Shown here: positions 63,454 through 64,000 of the stretch, piece after piece
How positions within the stretch are numbered: position 1 is the first letter of the stretch
Layout: each line of letters starts with the position of its first letter
Assembly: GCA_964291405.2 (NCBI GenBank)
Contig: OZ219926.1
Coordinates: forward strand, 1,664,001 to 1,728,000
From: Thermodesulfobacteriota bacterium
Lineage (GTDB): Bacteria > Desulfobacterota > Binatia > Bin18
Length of the DNA stretch: 64,000 nucleotides
Direction: 5' to 3'
Notes under the pieces: generated by a model
The model's database searches: none
What the model was told of the DNA's origin: nothing
What the model saw: the letters and a program-made list of their open reading frames with translations, nothing else
Program-made: the position numbers and the translations under genes

Positions 63454-63634
63454 TAGAGCGTTTTACTATAGGCTGTAGCCCTGCCGTTACGTGCTCGTCA
63501 TGTCGGACGCGCTCCGGCATCCCTGCTTCGACTTCGCTCCGCTACGCTCAGCACGAACGGCAGACCGTTAGTCCTGAGCGGCAGGCGCAACGCGCCTGAA
63601 GTCGAAGGGCTACACGGAATCGTAATTTGCTCTA
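63454..63634. mobile_element. IS630-type MITE (non-autonomous) carrying a REP-like palindrome
   Basis: CTAG at both ends with TA duplicated. TIRs TAGAGCGTTTTACTATAGGCTGTAGCCCT and reverse complement TAGAGCAAATTACGATTCCGTGTAGCCCT; no transposase. Confidence 0.8.
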
Positions 63635-63677
63635 GCCCTCTTCATCCATCAATCCCATAAATCTCGTAAATCACAGT

Positions 63678-64000
63678 TCAGACGAATTGGTTCAACGACA
63701 CATAGTCCTTCACATACTCGGGAATGAGCGCGCGGTATCTCTCCGGCACGGCCCGGAAGTCGCCGATGGAAAAAACCGGAGAGGTGGCCAGCCTGGCGAA
63801 CTGCCGCTTGTCGATGATGTCACGGGTGTAGCCGTCGGTGGTGTACGCCTTAAAGTAGGTCTTGATAGCCGCGACGGAGTCCGCCCGTGTTGGCGTATGG
63901 TCGGTGACAAACTTGGTAAATTCTTCCTCCAGCAGTTCGTCCTTGGATTTGAAGCGCGGGATGATGTCAAAGACTCTTTCCAGGATTTCACGCAGGGTCA
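63678..64000 (-). CDS. C-terminus of a probable type I restriction endonuclease R subunit, 5' end outside the window
   Basis: Manual translation: TLREILERVFDIIPRFKSKDELLEEEFTKF...IKTYFKAY...IPEYVKDYVSLNQFV*. The ORF is clear; the HsdR assignment is from recall. Confidence 0.65.
   Translation of the reverse strand, partial: TLREILERVFDIIPRFKSKDELLEEEFTKFVTDHTPTRADSVAAIKTYFKAYTTDGYTRDIIDKRQFARLATSPVFSIGDFRAVPERYRALIPEYVKDYVSLNQFV

Larger units (their letters stand above)
62766..63683 (-). mobile_element. inverted-repeat-bounded GxxExxY unit
   Basis: Perfect 16-bp IR GTCTGAACTGTGATTT (62766-62781) and AAATCACAGTTCAGAC (63668-63683), continued inward by 9-bp-period GGATT/AATCC repeats. Confidence 0.75.

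Noticed and set aside
62761-63707. ACATAGTC direct repeat (62761-62768 and 63700-63707) as a target-site duplication
   Set aside because: The right copy lies 16 bp outside the IR within hsdR-like coding sequence and the left copy overlaps the IR; the geometry does not fit a TSD.
63710-63991. 93-aa minus-strand ORF in the track
   Set aside because: Wrong frame; the edge-open frame ending at 63678 gives the natural protein.

Overview
Mostly core-genome DNA from a GC-rich Gram-negative bacterium. Gene order and content look deltaproteobacterial, possibly Binatia; this is inference only. Left part: two tandem ArnT-type glycosyltransferases, a short mutY, then kdsB-pyrG-kdsA-lptCAB-rpoN-ptsN-rapZ-HPr-metK-ahcY-amidase-glnD-xerD. 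Middle: metabolic genes, a double-length UvrA, an intact IS630 inserted exactly at a TPR/pentapeptide-repeat gene junction, pepP, a four-gene operon (degenerate MBL lipoprotein, GGCT-like protein, Plasmodium-like PTPS-III, cytochrome c lipoprotein) and a MoxR-DUF58-vWA cluster. Right part: a FIST protein with a Cys/His partner, an aminotransferase-Mur ligase fusion, a CNNM/CorB gene preceded by an in-frame Asp/Pro-rich leader ORF, cutA, rlpA, an Smr protein and a TolB-like protein. The last ~2.2 kb is an accessory, defence-type patch with nested elements. A ~920-bp unit bounded by perfect 16-bp inverted repeats and 9-bp periodic GGATT repeats carries a GxxExxY nuclease and a HicB-like gene. 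It sits between the stop codon of a probable type I hsdR and a probable hsdM start remnant, and itself contains an IS630-type MITE that carries a REP-like palindrome. Next to it is a Panacea (DUF4065)-like antitoxin whose downstream partner gene is cut off. No rRNA, tRNA or CRISPR array was seen. All family assignments come from recognising motifs by eye, not from database searches.
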